64,000 nucleotides of DNA from an uncultured bacterium (GTDB taxonomy: Bacteria; Bacillota_I; Bacilli_A; RFN20; CAG-826). The notes beneath the pieces were generated by a model. That model made no database searches. It saw only the letters and a program-made list of their open reading frames with translations, and had not been told where the DNA came from. This document shows, piece after piece, positions 31,801 through 41,300 of this stretch. The position numbers and the translations under genes are program-made. Position 1 is the first letter of the stretch. Every line of letters begins with the position of its first letter. Location of the stretch: positions 113,051-177,050 of the forward strand of contig CASGAB010000002.1 of assembly GCA_949299395.1 (NCBI GenBank), written 5' to 3'.

Positions 31801-32511
31801 ACTTTTGTAGATGATTCTAAATATGTTGAAAGATATCAACTTCATATTGGTGAAACATATAAATCGATTCCAGAAGTTTATGATGTTTCTTTATATCAAA
31901 ATTTATTAAGAGTTTACGTTAAAGAACAAGAAATCACTGAAATTATTATTAATAATAAAGAATTTGATCTTGGTTTATTAGGAACAGTTGGAACTGGTAG
32001 ATATTATTTTGATCTTAATTTAACTAATTATACTGAAGATATCTTTATTTCAATAAATAATGCTGATGGAAATGTTTCATATTTTAAATATTTTATTGAG
32101 AATAATATGTTCGTTTCTGGTGAAAATATCGATGAAAGCATGAATATGATGATAGAAGTTAGAAATAAAACTACCTATCTTATTCATTTAGTTGATAGCT
32201 CTAATTATCTTGTTGAATTAGAAAAAGAAGTATTATACGGATTTGTTCCTGAATCATATTTCACTGATGTTCAAGCAATTGATGGAAATTCAACCGTTAC
32301 TATCATGTATCAAAATGTAACAAGTGAAAATGAACTTATTAGATTTAATTCATCTTATTCATCATTCTTGATTAATAACGAACTTAATAGTGATGGGTTA
32401 TTAAAACTTTTCTTACCTTTAATTATTAGTGTTTCAATAATTGCAGGTATAACAATTATTGTAATTTCTGTAGTTTTAATTAAAGATAATCGAAAAAAGA
32501 ACAAAAAATAA
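28855..32511 (+). CDS. Cell-envelope subtilisin-like serine protease (S8 family, lactocepin/PrtP-like) with a signal peptide, a large insert between the catalytic His and Ser, and a C-terminal TM anchor.
   Basis: Catalytic triad motifs AVIDSC (Asp), DTHGSHVSS (His) and GTSMASP (Ser). 1218 aa, N-terminal signal, and a C-terminal hydrophobic helix followed by KDNRKKNKK. Confidence 0.8.
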   Translation: MKKNGLLVFFASVFALSFCLYIKNDIGNKKDLDTNVIVRLKDSDVYSKEEMSRAFYNELVSIVSFNYRNVESIDEVLNFKVLKVNSEDINKINNMSTVEYAYEEIEYYFDPSDPTYDYFGYNEVLDTNYSEIEMNIGEDIKDGENTIVAVIDSCLNYNHEAFQNINTSTMRYTKEDIDSKAASNGFNAKNYLRINDKIPFSYDYCNDDNDVLARDTHGSHVSSLAVGNGRYKGVANEAQLAFMKVFTDNGGGCTSAVYLKALEDAYLLDVDAVNMSFGNSLTYGKTTTDLAVEDVLNKLRENGTNVFISAGNDGREQFRGSTYEYSTTSAYESGMLGSIALNEDSITVANATLSDDQSNVHALVDKKRPIELFDRAVDHTGQSEGSDEWRITDFPTEYRFSDLIDEGNYEYVMIPNKGKDEDYAGLDVKNKIAVVERGELNFTVKIYNAIKNGASGLIIYNQKSDTEIPFFSFAIDDAALEQCPDIPTTVDQYGETIFDLSYVNIPIAVASYEAGKRLNEAENKVLSFYSEELSLSSSMGATADLRLKPDLSAPGENIYGAWSYYRPNNKPNSGNYYLDDAYTYMSGTSMASPNLMGAYVSLLSTYGIDSDYSRETAAKLLRNKMYSNTTILEDEDGVPITPRKQGNGLVNIDSTYNSSAYLLFNDDNQMELGNDSMIQNGVISGDIHLFEESASNNYEVSIKIMAPKIIEEDYLGKTVKLVGTKDVLLEEKILNNNFQTKFGDNIFTIDEVISSSTREYLSQFENGTYLEGYITFKSENNTLNMPFLGYYGEYYGVRPYEPFSFEKDPNKLYESDLMDDYLRENLNQSNAYTGSYFMIGDNEIYYKRNILSSSYSFIKQYNEMEAVYDEYDDIYHIYTGEDYSRHRGIIVQLYMLRTIKSNRVTMYDKNGSMLEEFYLKDNLFDTSLTHELYRNYILIQDTRLTGRDYYTHRSYLYIPLVENDSLGIFKYQNGEYTLEFEFTFVDDSKYVERYQLHIGETYKSIPEVYDVSLYQNLLRVYVKEQEITEIIINNKEFDLGLLGTVGTGRYYFDLNLTNYTEDIFISINNADGNVSYFKYFIENNMFVSGENIDESMNMMIEVRNKTTYLIHLVDSSNYLVELEKEVLYGFVPESYFTDVQAIDGNSTVTIMYQNVTSENELIRFNSSYSSFLINNELNSDGLLKLFLPLIISVSIIAGITIIVISVVLIKDNRKKNKK

Positions 32512-32616
32512 CGATTTTAATGTGAATTAAAGTAGTTCGATTATAGAAATAGGCCTTATATGTTGTTAAAATATATAAGGCTTTTTATATTGCTAGATAA
32601 TTTTAGGAGCTTGTTC

Positions 32617-33588
32617 ATGGAACCAATAATTGAAAAATTTAACGACAAATTTGACTTTTTTGAGATAAAAGTCAACGATTTTGAGTATGTTTTTTCTTCT
32701 TGTGGAGCTAGTTTATATTCCTTAAGAAAAAATAATGTACCATTAATCTTAGAATTAGAAGATAAAAATTTATTTATCAAGTCACCTCAATTTTTCAATA
32801 AAACATTAGGTATGGTTGCTGGAAGAATTCCTGCAAATTATGAATATAATGGTAAAAAATTTAACTTAAAAGATACTGGTAATAATATTTGCTTACATGG
32901 AGGTGTTTTATCTTCCCTCTCTTTTAAACCTTGGAAATATAAAATCAAAGAATATACCAATAAAATCGATGTTATTTTCACTATTTCTCCAAGAAAAGGT
33001 GAAAATGGCTTTGATGGAAAAGTAAAAATCTATAATATTTATTCACTTTTTAAGAATAAATCCGGTTTTAGAATTACTCAAAAAGCAACTGTAAAAGAAG
33101 ATAGTTTATTAAGTTTATCAAATCACATTTATTGGAATTTAAATTCGCTAGATATTAATGATTATTCTTTAAAATTCCAATCATATAGAGTCGGAAAAGT
33201 TAACGATGATTTATTAATGGTCGATACTATTGATTCTCCAGATTATCTTCTTTTCAATAAAAAAACAAAATTAAAATCTCGTTTAGATAAAGCTAAAAAA
33301 TTACCTATTGGAACTATCGATAACACCTTTGTTTTTGATTATTTAGATAATAAAGTTTTATTAGAAAACGAAAAATATAAAATTAAGATGCGAACAAATT
33401 ATCCAGCAATGAATATTTATTGTGACTCATCTTTAACCCCTGTTAAATTCGTTAATAACCCTGATTTATATGAAAGAAGAGGTATTGCTTTAGAACCTCA
33501 ATTATATTTATTAGATAAAGATTCAATTTATTATAAAAAAGGCGATAAATACAATCGTTTTATTGAATATATTATTTTAGAAAAATAA
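32617..33588 (+). CDS. galM: Aldose 1-epimerase (galactose mutarotase).
   Basis: NICLHGG and NHIYWNL motifs; aggag RBS before ATG 32617 (the ORF-track start 32560 is upstream). Confidence 0.7.
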   Translation: MEPIIEKFNDKFDFFEIKVNDFEYVFSSCGASLYSLRKNNVPLILELEDKNLFIKSPQFFNKTLGMVAGRIPANYEYNGKKFNLKDTGNNICLHGGVLSSLSFKPWKYKIKEYTNKIDVIFTISPRKGENGFDGKVKIYNIYSLFKNKSGFRITQKATVKEDSLLSLSNHIYWNLNSLDINDYSLKFQSYRVGKVNDDLLMVDTIDSPDYLLFNKKTKLKSRLDKAKKLPIGTIDNTFVFDYLDNKVLLENEKYKIKMRTNYPAMNIYCDSSLTPVKFVNNPDLYERRGIALEPQLYLLDKDSIYYKKGDKYNRFIEYIILEK

Positions 33589-33597
33589 GGGGGAAGT

Positions 33598-35121
33598 ATG
33601 GATATTAATTTAATTGTTAATGAATTAGTAGGTTATGCTAAAGTAAATTTTGAAATCAATTCACTTGATGAAATTTATTTTAGGAACATGATTCTTGGGG
33701 AATTAGGTCTTAATTCTTTTAAGGAAGAAGAAGTTGATGAAACTCGTATTTCTTCATATAAAAATCCTGATTATTTTACAGATCTTTTAACTGAATATTT
33801 AAAAGGAACTACCGAATTAACTGATAATGAAATCGATAGAAAACTTTCAAAAATTTATGGTTTTTTAACTCCTACACCTTCAAAAGTTGTAGAAAAATTT
33901 ACTTCAATTTATGAAAGCGAAGGAAATGATAAGGCTTTAAATTATTTCTATGATTTATCAATTAAAAATGACTATGTAAAAAAATCGAAAATTGATAAAA
34001 ATTTACTTTGGTCATCATCATATCCAGATAAAAATATTGAAGTTTCAATTAACCTTTCTAAACCAGAAAAAAATAATAAGGATATTGCTAGACTTTTAGT
34101 TAAACCAAAAACAAGCGATATTAAATACCCTTCCTGTTTATTATGTAAAGAAAATCTTGGCTATTATGGTAGAGATGACCACCCAGCTAGAGAAAATATT
34201 CGTCTTATTCCTTTAAAACTTGACGATGAAAATTGGTATTTACAATATTCACCATATGGCTATTTCAATATGCATTGCATTGTTTTAAGAGATTGCCACT
34301 CAAATATGGTAATTAATGAATCAACATTCAAAAAATTATTAACTTTTGTTGATAAATTCCCATATTTCTTTGTTGGCAGCAATGCTGATTTACCAATTGT
34401 TGGTGGTTCAATTTTAAATCATGAACACTATCAAGGTGGTGAACATCGTTTACCAATTATGCATTCAAAACCAAAAAAAGAATTTGCTCTACCATCAAAT
34501 TATGAAAGTAAACTTTATCTTTTAGATTGGTATAACTCTACCTTTATGATTGAAGGAAAAAATAAGGATGAAATCGTAAAAATTGCATCAAAAATCCTTT
34601 CAAAATGGAGAGATTATGATGATTTAGATAATGATATCTTATCTCATACAGAAGAAACAAAACACAATACTATTACACCTTGTGTTAAAAAAGATGGCGA
34701 TGTTTACTCTTTATATTTAATTTTAAGAAACAATAGATGTGATGAAAAATATCCTGATGGTATTTTCCATGCTCATCCAGAATATCACCATATTAAACAC
34801 GAAGGTATCGGTATTATTGAAGCAATGGGCTTATTCATTTTACCTGCTAGATTAGTTAGACAAACTAACCAAATTAAAGATGTCTTAGAAAACCATTTTA
34901 ATGATGAAGAAATCGTCAAAAAATATGAAGATATGGACGGTTTATTCCTTGATATGATTCATTATTTAGCTAAAAACTATAATAAAGATACTATTGATAA
35001 CGATATTAGAGAATATATTAATAATGTTTGTAGAAACATTTTAATAAATACCGCTGTATTTAAAGATAATGAAAAAGGTAATAGTGGAATTCAAAAATTT
35101 ATTGATTCTATAGAATTTTAA
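33598..35121 (+). CDS. galT: Galactose-1-phosphate uridylyltransferase, family 2 (Gram-positive type).
   Basis: 507 aa; GGSILNHEHYQGG motif typical of family-2 GalT; aaggggga RBS. Confidence 0.75.
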   Translation: MDINLIVNELVGYAKVNFEINSLDEIYFRNMILGELGLNSFKEEEVDETRISSYKNPDYFTDLLTEYLKGTTELTDNEIDRKLSKIYGFLTPTPSKVVEKFTSIYESEGNDKALNYFYDLSIKNDYVKKSKIDKNLLWSSSYPDKNIEVSINLSKPEKNNKDIARLLVKPKTSDIKYPSCLLCKENLGYYGRDDHPARENIRLIPLKLDDENWYLQYSPYGYFNMHCIVLRDCHSNMVINESTFKKLLTFVDKFPYFFVGSNADLPIVGGSILNHEHYQGGEHRLPIMHSKPKKEFALPSNYESKLYLLDWYNSTFMIEGKNKDEIVKIASKILSKWRDYDDLDNDILSHTEETKHNTITPCVKKDGDVYSLYLILRNNRCDEKYPDGIFHAHPEYHHIKHEGIGIIEAMGLFILPARLVRQTNQIKDVLENHFNDEEIVKKYEDMDGLFLDMIHYLAKNYNKDTIDNDIREYINNVCRNILINTAVFKDNEKGNSGIQKFIDSIEF

Positions 35122-35139
35122 TTTAAAAAGGGGATGTTT

Positions 35140-36300
35140 ATGGAAGAAATATTAACTTTATTTGAAGATTTTTATAAAGAAAAACCAGAATTTTTATTAG
35201 ATACTGGCGGAAGATTTGAAATTATTGGTAACCATACAGATCATAATCACGGCTTATGTTTAGTCGCTAACTGTTCTTTAAGAGCAAAAGCTGCTTTATC
35301 ATTAAATGGTGATATTGTTTTAGTTAAATCAAAAGGATATAGAGAATTTTCATTCAATGTTAACGATTTAACAAAAGATAAAGCAAGTGAAGGAACAACC
35401 TTAGGTTTAGCAAAAGGAATTTTATCTAAACTTAAAGAATTAGGCTATAAAATTGGTGGGTTTAAAATGTTTATTGATAGCGAAATTCCTGATGGAAGTG
35501 GTGTTTCTTCTTCAGCAGCAATTGAATCACTTTTTGGTTATACAATTTCTCACTTATTTAATGCTGGTAAAATTTCGCCATTAGAAATTGCTAAAACTGG
35601 TCAATATGCTGAGAATGTTTATTTCAATAAACCATGTGGTTTATTAGATCAAATTGGAACATCTTTTGATTCATCTAACTTTATTGATTTTAAAAATATT
35701 ACTGAACCAGTTATTACAACTCTTCCATTCAATTTGCCTTTAACTTTATATTTAATTAAATCAATTGGTGATCACTCAGCTTTAACTCCTTTATATGCTG
35801 CTATTCCATCGTCAATGAAAGAAGTTGCTAAACTTTTAGAAAACAAAGAATTCTTAAGAGATTTAGAAAATATTGATAATATCGAGGCAAAAATTGATGC
35901 ATTAGAGGTTAAAGATGAAGTAAAAAGAAAAGCAAAACACTTCTTTATTGAAAATGTTAATGTATTAAATGCAAAAGAAGCGGTCGAAAATTCAAATTTA
36001 GAAGAATTCTTAGACGCAATTCGAAAATCTCAAAATTCTTCAAACCTTAACTTAGAAAATACCTATGTTAAAGGAGAATATGAAGGTTCACCTCAATCAA
36101 TTATTGATGAATTAACTCCAGTTATTGGAGAACATGGTGCTATTAGAATCCATGGCGGTGGATTTAAAGGAACTGTTTTAGCATTTGTTAAAAATGATTT
36201 TGTTAATGAATTTGATAAATGTTTAGAAGAAAGATATCCAAAAGAAAGATATTTTAAAGTTTATATTTCTAAAAACGCTTGTAACTTTAAAAAATTATAA
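35140..36300 (+). CDS. galK: Galactokinase (GHMP kinase).
   Basis: GRFEIIGNHTDHNHG galactokinase signature and PDGSGVSSSAA GHMP motif. Confidence 0.85.
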   Translation: MEEILTLFEDFYKEKPEFLLDTGGRFEIIGNHTDHNHGLCLVANCSLRAKAALSLNGDIVLVKSKGYREFSFNVNDLTKDKASEGTTLGLAKGILSKLKELGYKIGGFKMFIDSEIPDGSGVSSSAAIESLFGYTISHLFNAGKISPLEIAKTGQYAENVYFNKPCGLLDQIGTSFDSSNFIDFKNITEPVITTLPFNLPLTLYLIKSIGDHSALTPLYAAIPSSMKEVAKLLENKEFLRDLENIDNIEAKIDALEVKDEVKRKAKHFFIENVNVLNAKEAVENSNLEEFLDAIRKSQNSSNLNLENTYVKGEYEGSPQSIIDELTPVIGEHGAIRIHGGGFKGTVLAFVKNDFVNEFDKCLEERYPKERYFKVYISKNACNFKKL

Positions 36301-36304
36301 AAAT

Positions 36305-36330
36305 AAAAGGGCCGAGGCCCTTTTTATTAT
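36305..36330. terminator. Bidirectional terminator (AAAGGGCC-gag-GCCCTTT) between galK and hpt.
   Basis: Seen in sequence. Confidence 0.7.
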
Positions 36331-36896
36331 TCTTGAGAATTATTTTTTAATAATTCATTCCATTCATCAAGTTCTTTTTCATCTGGAATGAAGATATAAG
36401 GAGTGTTTCTTTTTATTTCGTTATAGTCTAAACCATATCCAACTAAGAATTGATTTTTAGTTAAAGAAACTCCAACGATATCAGCTTCTAAATCAACTTT
36501 TCTTAATGGTTTTTTATCTAAGAAAGAACAAATTGTAATTGAACGTGGTTGATATTTAATTTTTATATATTGTTTTAAATAAGATAAAGTAGTACCGGTA
36601 TCAACGATATCTTCAATTAAAACAACGTCTTTATTTTTAATATCTTCACTAACATCTTTTTTAAGATGAATAACTCCAGTAGAAGAAGTTCCATCATAAG
36701 AAGAAACTTGAATAAAATCTTCAATAACCGGAAGATCATAATATTTTAATAAATCCATCATAAAAGGCATTGCACCTTTTAAAACGCCAATAAAGACCGG
36801 AATCGAATCACTATCTTTAAATCTTTCTTTTAATTCTTCAGCAACTCTTTTTACTGCTTCTTGAATTTCAGCTTCATTTAAAACAATTTCTTTCAT
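36327..36896 (-). CDS. hpt: Hypoxanthine-guanine phosphoribosyltransferase.
   Basis: VLIEDIVDTGTTL PRPP-binding motif; 189 aa. Confidence 0.85.
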   Translation of the reverse strand: MKEIVLNEAEIQEAVKRVAEELKERFKDSDSIPVFIGVLKGAMPFMMDLLKYYDLPVIEDFIQVSSYDGTSSTGVIHLKKDVSEDIKNKDVVLIEDIVDTGTTLSYLKQYIKIKYQPRSITICSFLDKKPLRKVDLEADIVGVSLTKNQFLVGYGLDYNEIKRNTPYIFIPDEKELDEWNELLKNNSQE

Positions 36897-37014
36897 ATCT
36901 TTCCTCTAAAAATATAGAATTATTTAAATATTTATCTTTGATATAGTCAATTAGAAGAGATATCTTAAATAAAAAACTAATATTATCTTAATAAATTGCC
37001 TCACGAACTATATA

Positions 37015-37130
37015 ATAGGATAAGAATTTTGGGCAAAATTCTTATCCTATTAAAAAGGAACAATTGCCACGCCCTTAATGCCGTAGCTATTAAGTAACAT
37101 GCTGCGAGTCGTGAATTTTATTCACTTTTT
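37015..37130 (+). ncRNA. Candidate small structured RNA or cis-regulatory leader. It has a perfect 13-bp hairpin (GGATAAGAATTTT-gggc-AAAATTCTTATCC), a GC-rich 60-nt core, and a terminator hairpin GTGAA-tttta-TTCAC + T5.
   Basis: Seen in sequence; no family recognised. Confidence 0.3.
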
Positions 37131-37172
37131 GATAAAAATTAATAAAATCTTAATATTAATAAAGGAGATGTT

Positions 37173-37517
37173 ATGCCATTTATTGAATTAAACACAAATA
37201 GAAAAATCGAATTAACTATTAAAGATGAAATTAAAACAGAATTAGGTAAATTAATCGAAATTTTACCTGGTAAAAGTGAAAACTGGTTAATGGTTAATAT
37301 TAATGATGAAGTTTCACTTTATTTTAAGGGAACAAATGATGATTCTATCATGATAAAATTTTTAGTTTATGGAAATGAGATTCCTTCAACTATTTTAAAT
37401 AAATTTACTTGTGAAGTTACTTCGTATTTATCAGAAAAATTAAACATTAACTCTTCAAGAATTTATGTTTCATATTTTTTCACCACTAATTGGGGTTGGA
37501 ACGGATCAAATTTCTAA
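37173..37517 (+). CDS. MIF (macrophage migration inhibitory factor)-family tautomerase homologue.
   Basis: N-terminal MPFIELNTN (the catalytic Pro-1 context) and a C-terminal RIYVSYFFTTNWGWNGSNF that parallels MIF [22 protein letters not shown]. Confidence 0.6.
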   Translation: MPFIELNTNRKIELTIKDEIKTELGKLIEILPGKSENWLMVNINDEVSLYFKGTNDDSIMIKFLVYGNEIPSTILNKFTCEVTSYLSEKLNINSSRIYVSYFFTTNWGWNGSNF

Positions 37518-37528
37518 TTTAGTTATTT

Positions 37529-38647
37529 ATGAAAAAGATTTATTGGTTAGTAAATCAATTTTTTAAAATTGGCGGAACAGAAATTGTAACTTATCAAATC
37601 TTAAGTGAACTTAAAAAAAATTATGAAGTTCACATTATTTTGTTATCCGATGATTCGATTAATGAAGAAGTTTTTAGTGATTTAAATGGATTAATCGTTC
37701 ATAAATTAAATATTGATAAGCAAATAATTAGAAATGAAGATTTTTTTGCTAAGAAAAACTTTTTTGTTTCTCTTCAAACTGTTTTTAAAGTTGGATATTT
37801 TAACTTTATTAAAAAATTTAAATATAGAAAAGAAATCTTAAAATTAACTAATGAAAATGATTTGATTTTTTATTCATCAATTTTTTGCTACATGATTGCT
37901 CCAAAAAATAGAAAAAATTATTATCATGTTCACTATAATAGCCGTTATATTAATTCATTTTTAAATAAAATTGTTTTTAATGTTTTATCAAAGAAACCAA
38001 AAAAATATATTTTCCTATGCGATGAAACGATGAATAAGGTCGGTTTAAAACCTTCAACTTTTATATATAATCCTTCAAGGATTGCTATTCATGATAATTT
38101 TGTTGAAAACGAAAAAGCTAAGTTAATTTTTATTGCTAGATTTGAGCATCAAAAAGATCCTCTCTCGGCAGTAAAAGTTATTAATGAATTATCTAAATTA
38201 ACGTCAAATTTCGAATGCGATTTTTATGGAAAAGGCGATTTAAAAGAAAAAATGGTTTCTTTAGCTAAAGAATTAGGTATTTTAGATAAATTCATTCATA
38301 TGCACGATGCAACTTCAGATGTGGTAAAAGCTTTTGAAGGAAAGGATTTAATGTTAATGACTTCAAAATTTGAAGGATTTGCATTATCGATTATTGAAGC
38401 TTCAAGTATGTGTGTCCCAACATGTTTATATAATTATGGAGATGGATGTAAAGAAGAAATAATAAATGGAGTAACCGGATTATATATTGATAAAAAAGAT
38501 GAAAAAGAATTAGCAAAAGAAATATATAATATTATTAATGATAAAAAACGTCTTAATGAGATGAAAATTAATGCTCAAAAGCATGCTAGAAAGTTTGAAA
38601 TAGAAAAAATCGGTAACGATTGGGTAGAATTTATAAATGGAGAATAA
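37529..38647 (+). CDS. Glycosyltransferase family 4 (GT-B, group 1).
   Basis: C-terminal EGFALSIIEA...GLYID motif region typical of GT4. Confidence 0.7.
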   Translation: MKKIYWLVNQFFKIGGTEIVTYQILSELKKNYEVHIILLSDDSINEEVFSDLNGLIVHKLNIDKQIIRNEDFFAKKNFFVSLQTVFKVGYFNFIKKFKYRKEILKLTNENDLIFYSSIFCYMIAPKNRKNYYHVHYNSRYINSFLNKIVFNVLSKKPKKYIFLCDETMNKVGLKPSTFIYNPSRIAIHDNFVENEKAKLIFIARFEHQKDPLSAVKVINELSKLTSNFECDFYGKGDLKEKMVSLAKELGILDKFIHMHDATSDVVKAFEGKDLMLMTSKFEGFALSIIEASSMCVPTCLYNYGDGCKEEIINGVTGLYIDKKDEKELAKEIYNIINDKKRLNEMKINAQKHARKFEIEKIGNDWVEFINGE

Positions 38648-39347
38648 AGCTTTAGATACAAAATTATTTGTTGTTTCTCATAAAAAATTAGATAAGAAAT
38701 ATTATCCTGATAGAGAAATTATTTATGTTGGAAAAAATAAGGATAATATTGCTAGTGAAACTGATTATCGTGATGATTTTGGCGATAATATTGCTTCAAA
38801 AAATTATACATATTGCGAATGTACAGCAATTTATGAAATATGGAAAAATATTAAATGCGATATTGTTGGAATTGAACACTACCGCAGATTTTTCTTTAAT
38901 TTATTTGGTATAAAAAAGAAAAAATATTTCGAAAAGAAGTTAGAAAAACATGATTTTATAGTCATGACTGAATATCCATTTTTACCAACTATTAAAAAGC
39001 AATTTATTAAAGGACACGGAATTGAAGCATATACTTGTTTAGAAAACGCAATAAAAAATATTGCTCCCGATTATTTAGATGCCTTTAATAAAGTAATGAA
39101 TGGACATCGTATCGCTTGGTGTAATATGTTTGTTACTACTAAAGCTAAATTTGATGATTATTGTGAATTTTTATTTAAAGTTTTAACTTATGTAGAAAAT
39201 AATTTTGAAATTCCTTCTGATCCTTATCAAGCTAGATTAATTGGTTTTGTTAGTGAAAGACTTTTAAGTGTTTATTTAGTTAAAAATAAACTTAAAGTTA
39301 AGCAATCATTTGTTTTTTTCTCGAATAAATATAAAAAAGTTAAATAA
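38637..39347 (+). CDS. DUF4422-like protein of polysaccharide/glycosylation loci.
   Basis: 236 aa, overlaps the GT4 gene end; assignment by resemblance only. Confidence 0.35.
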   Translation: MENKALDTKLFVVSHKKLDKKYYPDREIIYVGKNKDNIASETDYRDDFGDNIASKNYTYCECTAIYEIWKNIKCDIVGIEHYRRFFFNLFGIKKKKYFEKKLEKHDFIVMTEYPFLPTIKKQFIKGHGIEAYTCLENAIKNIAPDYLDAFNKVMNGHRIAWCNMFVTTKAKFDDYCEFLFKVLTYVENNFEIPSDPYQARLIGFVSERLLSVYLVKNKLKVKQSFVFFSNKYKKVK

Positions 39348-39404
39348 TTGAGCATTTTTATCTTGAATATTTTCTAAAATAATCTACTATATTAGGTTGT
39401 AAAG

Positions 39405-39618
39405 ATTGATAGAGGCGCGATCAAAAAGAGTAATTAATGGAGGAGACATCCGATGAAGTTAATGAAAGGTGCGATCGCCGAAACAAGTTTAAGGTATTAA
39501 ACTTGATTGGTCTATGGGAGAAGATCCTTATAGACTCCTAGAAATTCTAGAGGCGCTATCGATGTAAATCTTTTAAAAAGTTAAGATTGCATCGAGCGAT
39601 GCAATCTTTTTGTTTTTA
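39405..39618 (+). promoter_or_regulatory. Lysine riboswitch (L-box) with an intrinsic terminator (39583-39618).
   Basis: Conserved L-box blocks are present: GAUAGAGGCGCGAUC...AGAGUA, UGGAGGAG, GGUGCGAUCGCCGAAAC, AGAGGCGCUAUC. A terminator hairpin AAGATTGCATCG/GATGCAATCTT + T-run sits immediately before the RBS. Confidence 0.8.
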
Positions 39619-39630
39619 AAGGAGATAAAT

Positions 39631-40515
39631 ATGAATAAAAAATTATTAACTTTAGGAGTAATTGTTACTTTATTTGGTACTGCATTAACTTCCTGTGGAA
39701 AAAGTGGTTTAACCGTTTCTAACGATGTTTTAGTTATTGGAATGGAAGCAAATTATCAACCATTTAACTGGACTACTTATAGTGAAACTGAATATACTCT
39801 TCCTATTTATGGTACAAATGAATTTGCTGATGGATATGATGTTTCAATTGCTAAATATTTAAGTGAAGAAACTGGAAAAGATGTTTATATTAAAAGAATT
39901 GTTTGGGATAGTTTAATTCCTTCGCTTCAACAAGATGAAGTTAATCTTGTTTTAGCAGGTATGACTGATACTCCAGAAAGAAGAGAATCAATTGATTTTA
40001 CAGATCCATATTTAACAAGCGATTTAGCTTTCTTAATTAGAACTGAAGATATGCCAGAAGGATATGGTACAGAAGATAATCCAGCAACATATGAACAATT
40101 ATTAGAATTATTTGATGGTCAAACATTAGTTTGCCAAGCTAATGTTGTTGGCGATGGATTTATCGATACTTATTTTGTTAATAATAATCAAGGTAAAACT
40201 ATTAGACATGCAAATCCTCAATTAACTTACCCTTCAGCAGCTAATGAAGTTAAAGGTGGAGTTTCATTTGCAATGCCTGCAGAACTCCCAGTTATTGAAA
40301 CTATGACTAATCTTGGTGGTTTAAGTGTTTTATACTGTGATTATAAGAGCTTCTTAAGTGAAGAAGATTTAAATGGTTTATCAGTTTCTATCGGTGTTAA
40401 AAAAGGAAATACTGAATTAACCGAAGAAATCAATGCCGCTTTAGCAAAATTAAATGATGATGATAGAAATAAAATGATGGGGGATGCTGCTTCTAGAAGC
40501 GCAAATAACGCATAA
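39631..40515 (+). CDS. Amino-acid ABC transporter substrate-binding lipoprotein (likely lysine or basic amino acid).
   Basis: aaaggag RBS; signal peptide with lipobox LTSC; PBP type-2 fold features. Confidence 0.75.
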   Translation: MNKKLLTLGVIVTLFGTALTSCGKSGLTVSNDVLVIGMEANYQPFNWTTYSETEYTLPIYGTNEFADGYDVSIAKYLSEETGKDVYIKRIVWDSLIPSLQQDEVNLVLAGMTDTPERRESIDFTDPYLTSDLAFLIRTEDMPEGYGTEDNPATYEQLLELFDGQTLVCQANVVGDGFIDTYFVNNNQGKTIRHANPQLTYPSAANEVKGGVSFAMPAELPVIETMTNLGGLSVLYCDYKSFLSEEDLNGLSVSIGVKKGNTELTEEINAALAKLNDDDRNKMMGDAASRSANNA

Positions 40516-41300
40516 TGATTGATTTTGGAAAAATGCGGAATGTTTTAGGTCAAAATTATACCTTTATCATTTATGCAATTATTACAACATTAATATTAGC
40601 TATATTTGGTACCTTTGTCGGTTTATTTTTAGGTATTTTTATCGCTTATGGTAAAAATTTAAAAACTAAAGAAATGGATAAAGGATTTGTTAAAGCTATT
40701 AAATATGTAATTAAAGGAATTTGTAGTATTTATTCTACGGTTTTACGTGGAACCCCAATGATGGTTCAAGCTTTATTATTTAAGTTTGGTTGCCAAGCTT
40801 TAGGTTTAAACTGGGGCGATATTTATTTTCAAGGTGAAATTAATAATGTTTTTAATGGTTGGTTTTTCGCTGGATTAATTGTTATTACACTTAATACTGC
40901 CGCTTATATGGGGGAAATCGTTAGAAGTGGACTTAATGGGGTTGAGCAAGGACAAGTTGAAGGCGCAAGAAGTTTAGGAATGAGCGCTTCAAGAACAAGT
41001 TTTTCAATTATTCTTCCTCAAGCTTTAAGAAATTCACTTCCTACAATTGGTAACGAACTTATTGTTAATATTAAAGATTCATCTGTTTTAAATGTTATTA
41101 GTGTTACTGAACTTTTCTATAGAATGAATTTAATTGCTGGTAAAAACTTTGCTTATATGGAATGTTATCTTATCGCTGCAATTATTTATTTAGTTTTAAC
41201 TCTTATTACGACCGGAGTTTTAAAACTTGTTGAAAAGAAAATGGACGGAGTTAAATTCTCTTTCAATCCATTCCGTTTTAGGAGAAGTTTTAAAATATGA
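40515..41300 (+). CDS. Amino-acid ABC transporter permease (HisMQ/GlnP family).
   Basis: EAA-loop region ([24 protein letters not shown]); 261 aa. Confidence 0.8.
   Translation: MIDFGKMRNVLGQNYTFIIYAIITTLILAIFGTFVGLFLGIFIAYGKNLKTKEMDKGFVKAIKYVIKGICSIYSTVLRGTPMMVQALLFKFGCQALGLNWGDIYFQGEINNVFNGWFFAGLIVITLNTAAYMGEIVRSGLNGVEQGQVEGARSLGMSASRTSFSIILPQALRNSLPTIGNELIVNIKDSSVLNVISVTELFYRMNLIAGKNFAYMECYLIAAIIYLVLTLITTGVLKLVEKKMDGVKFSFNPFRFRRSFKI

Noticed and set aside
36897-37172. Purine riboswitch for hpt
   Set aside because: hpt is on the opposite strand and is transcribed away from this element, and the sequence lacks the purine-riboswitch junction consensus.
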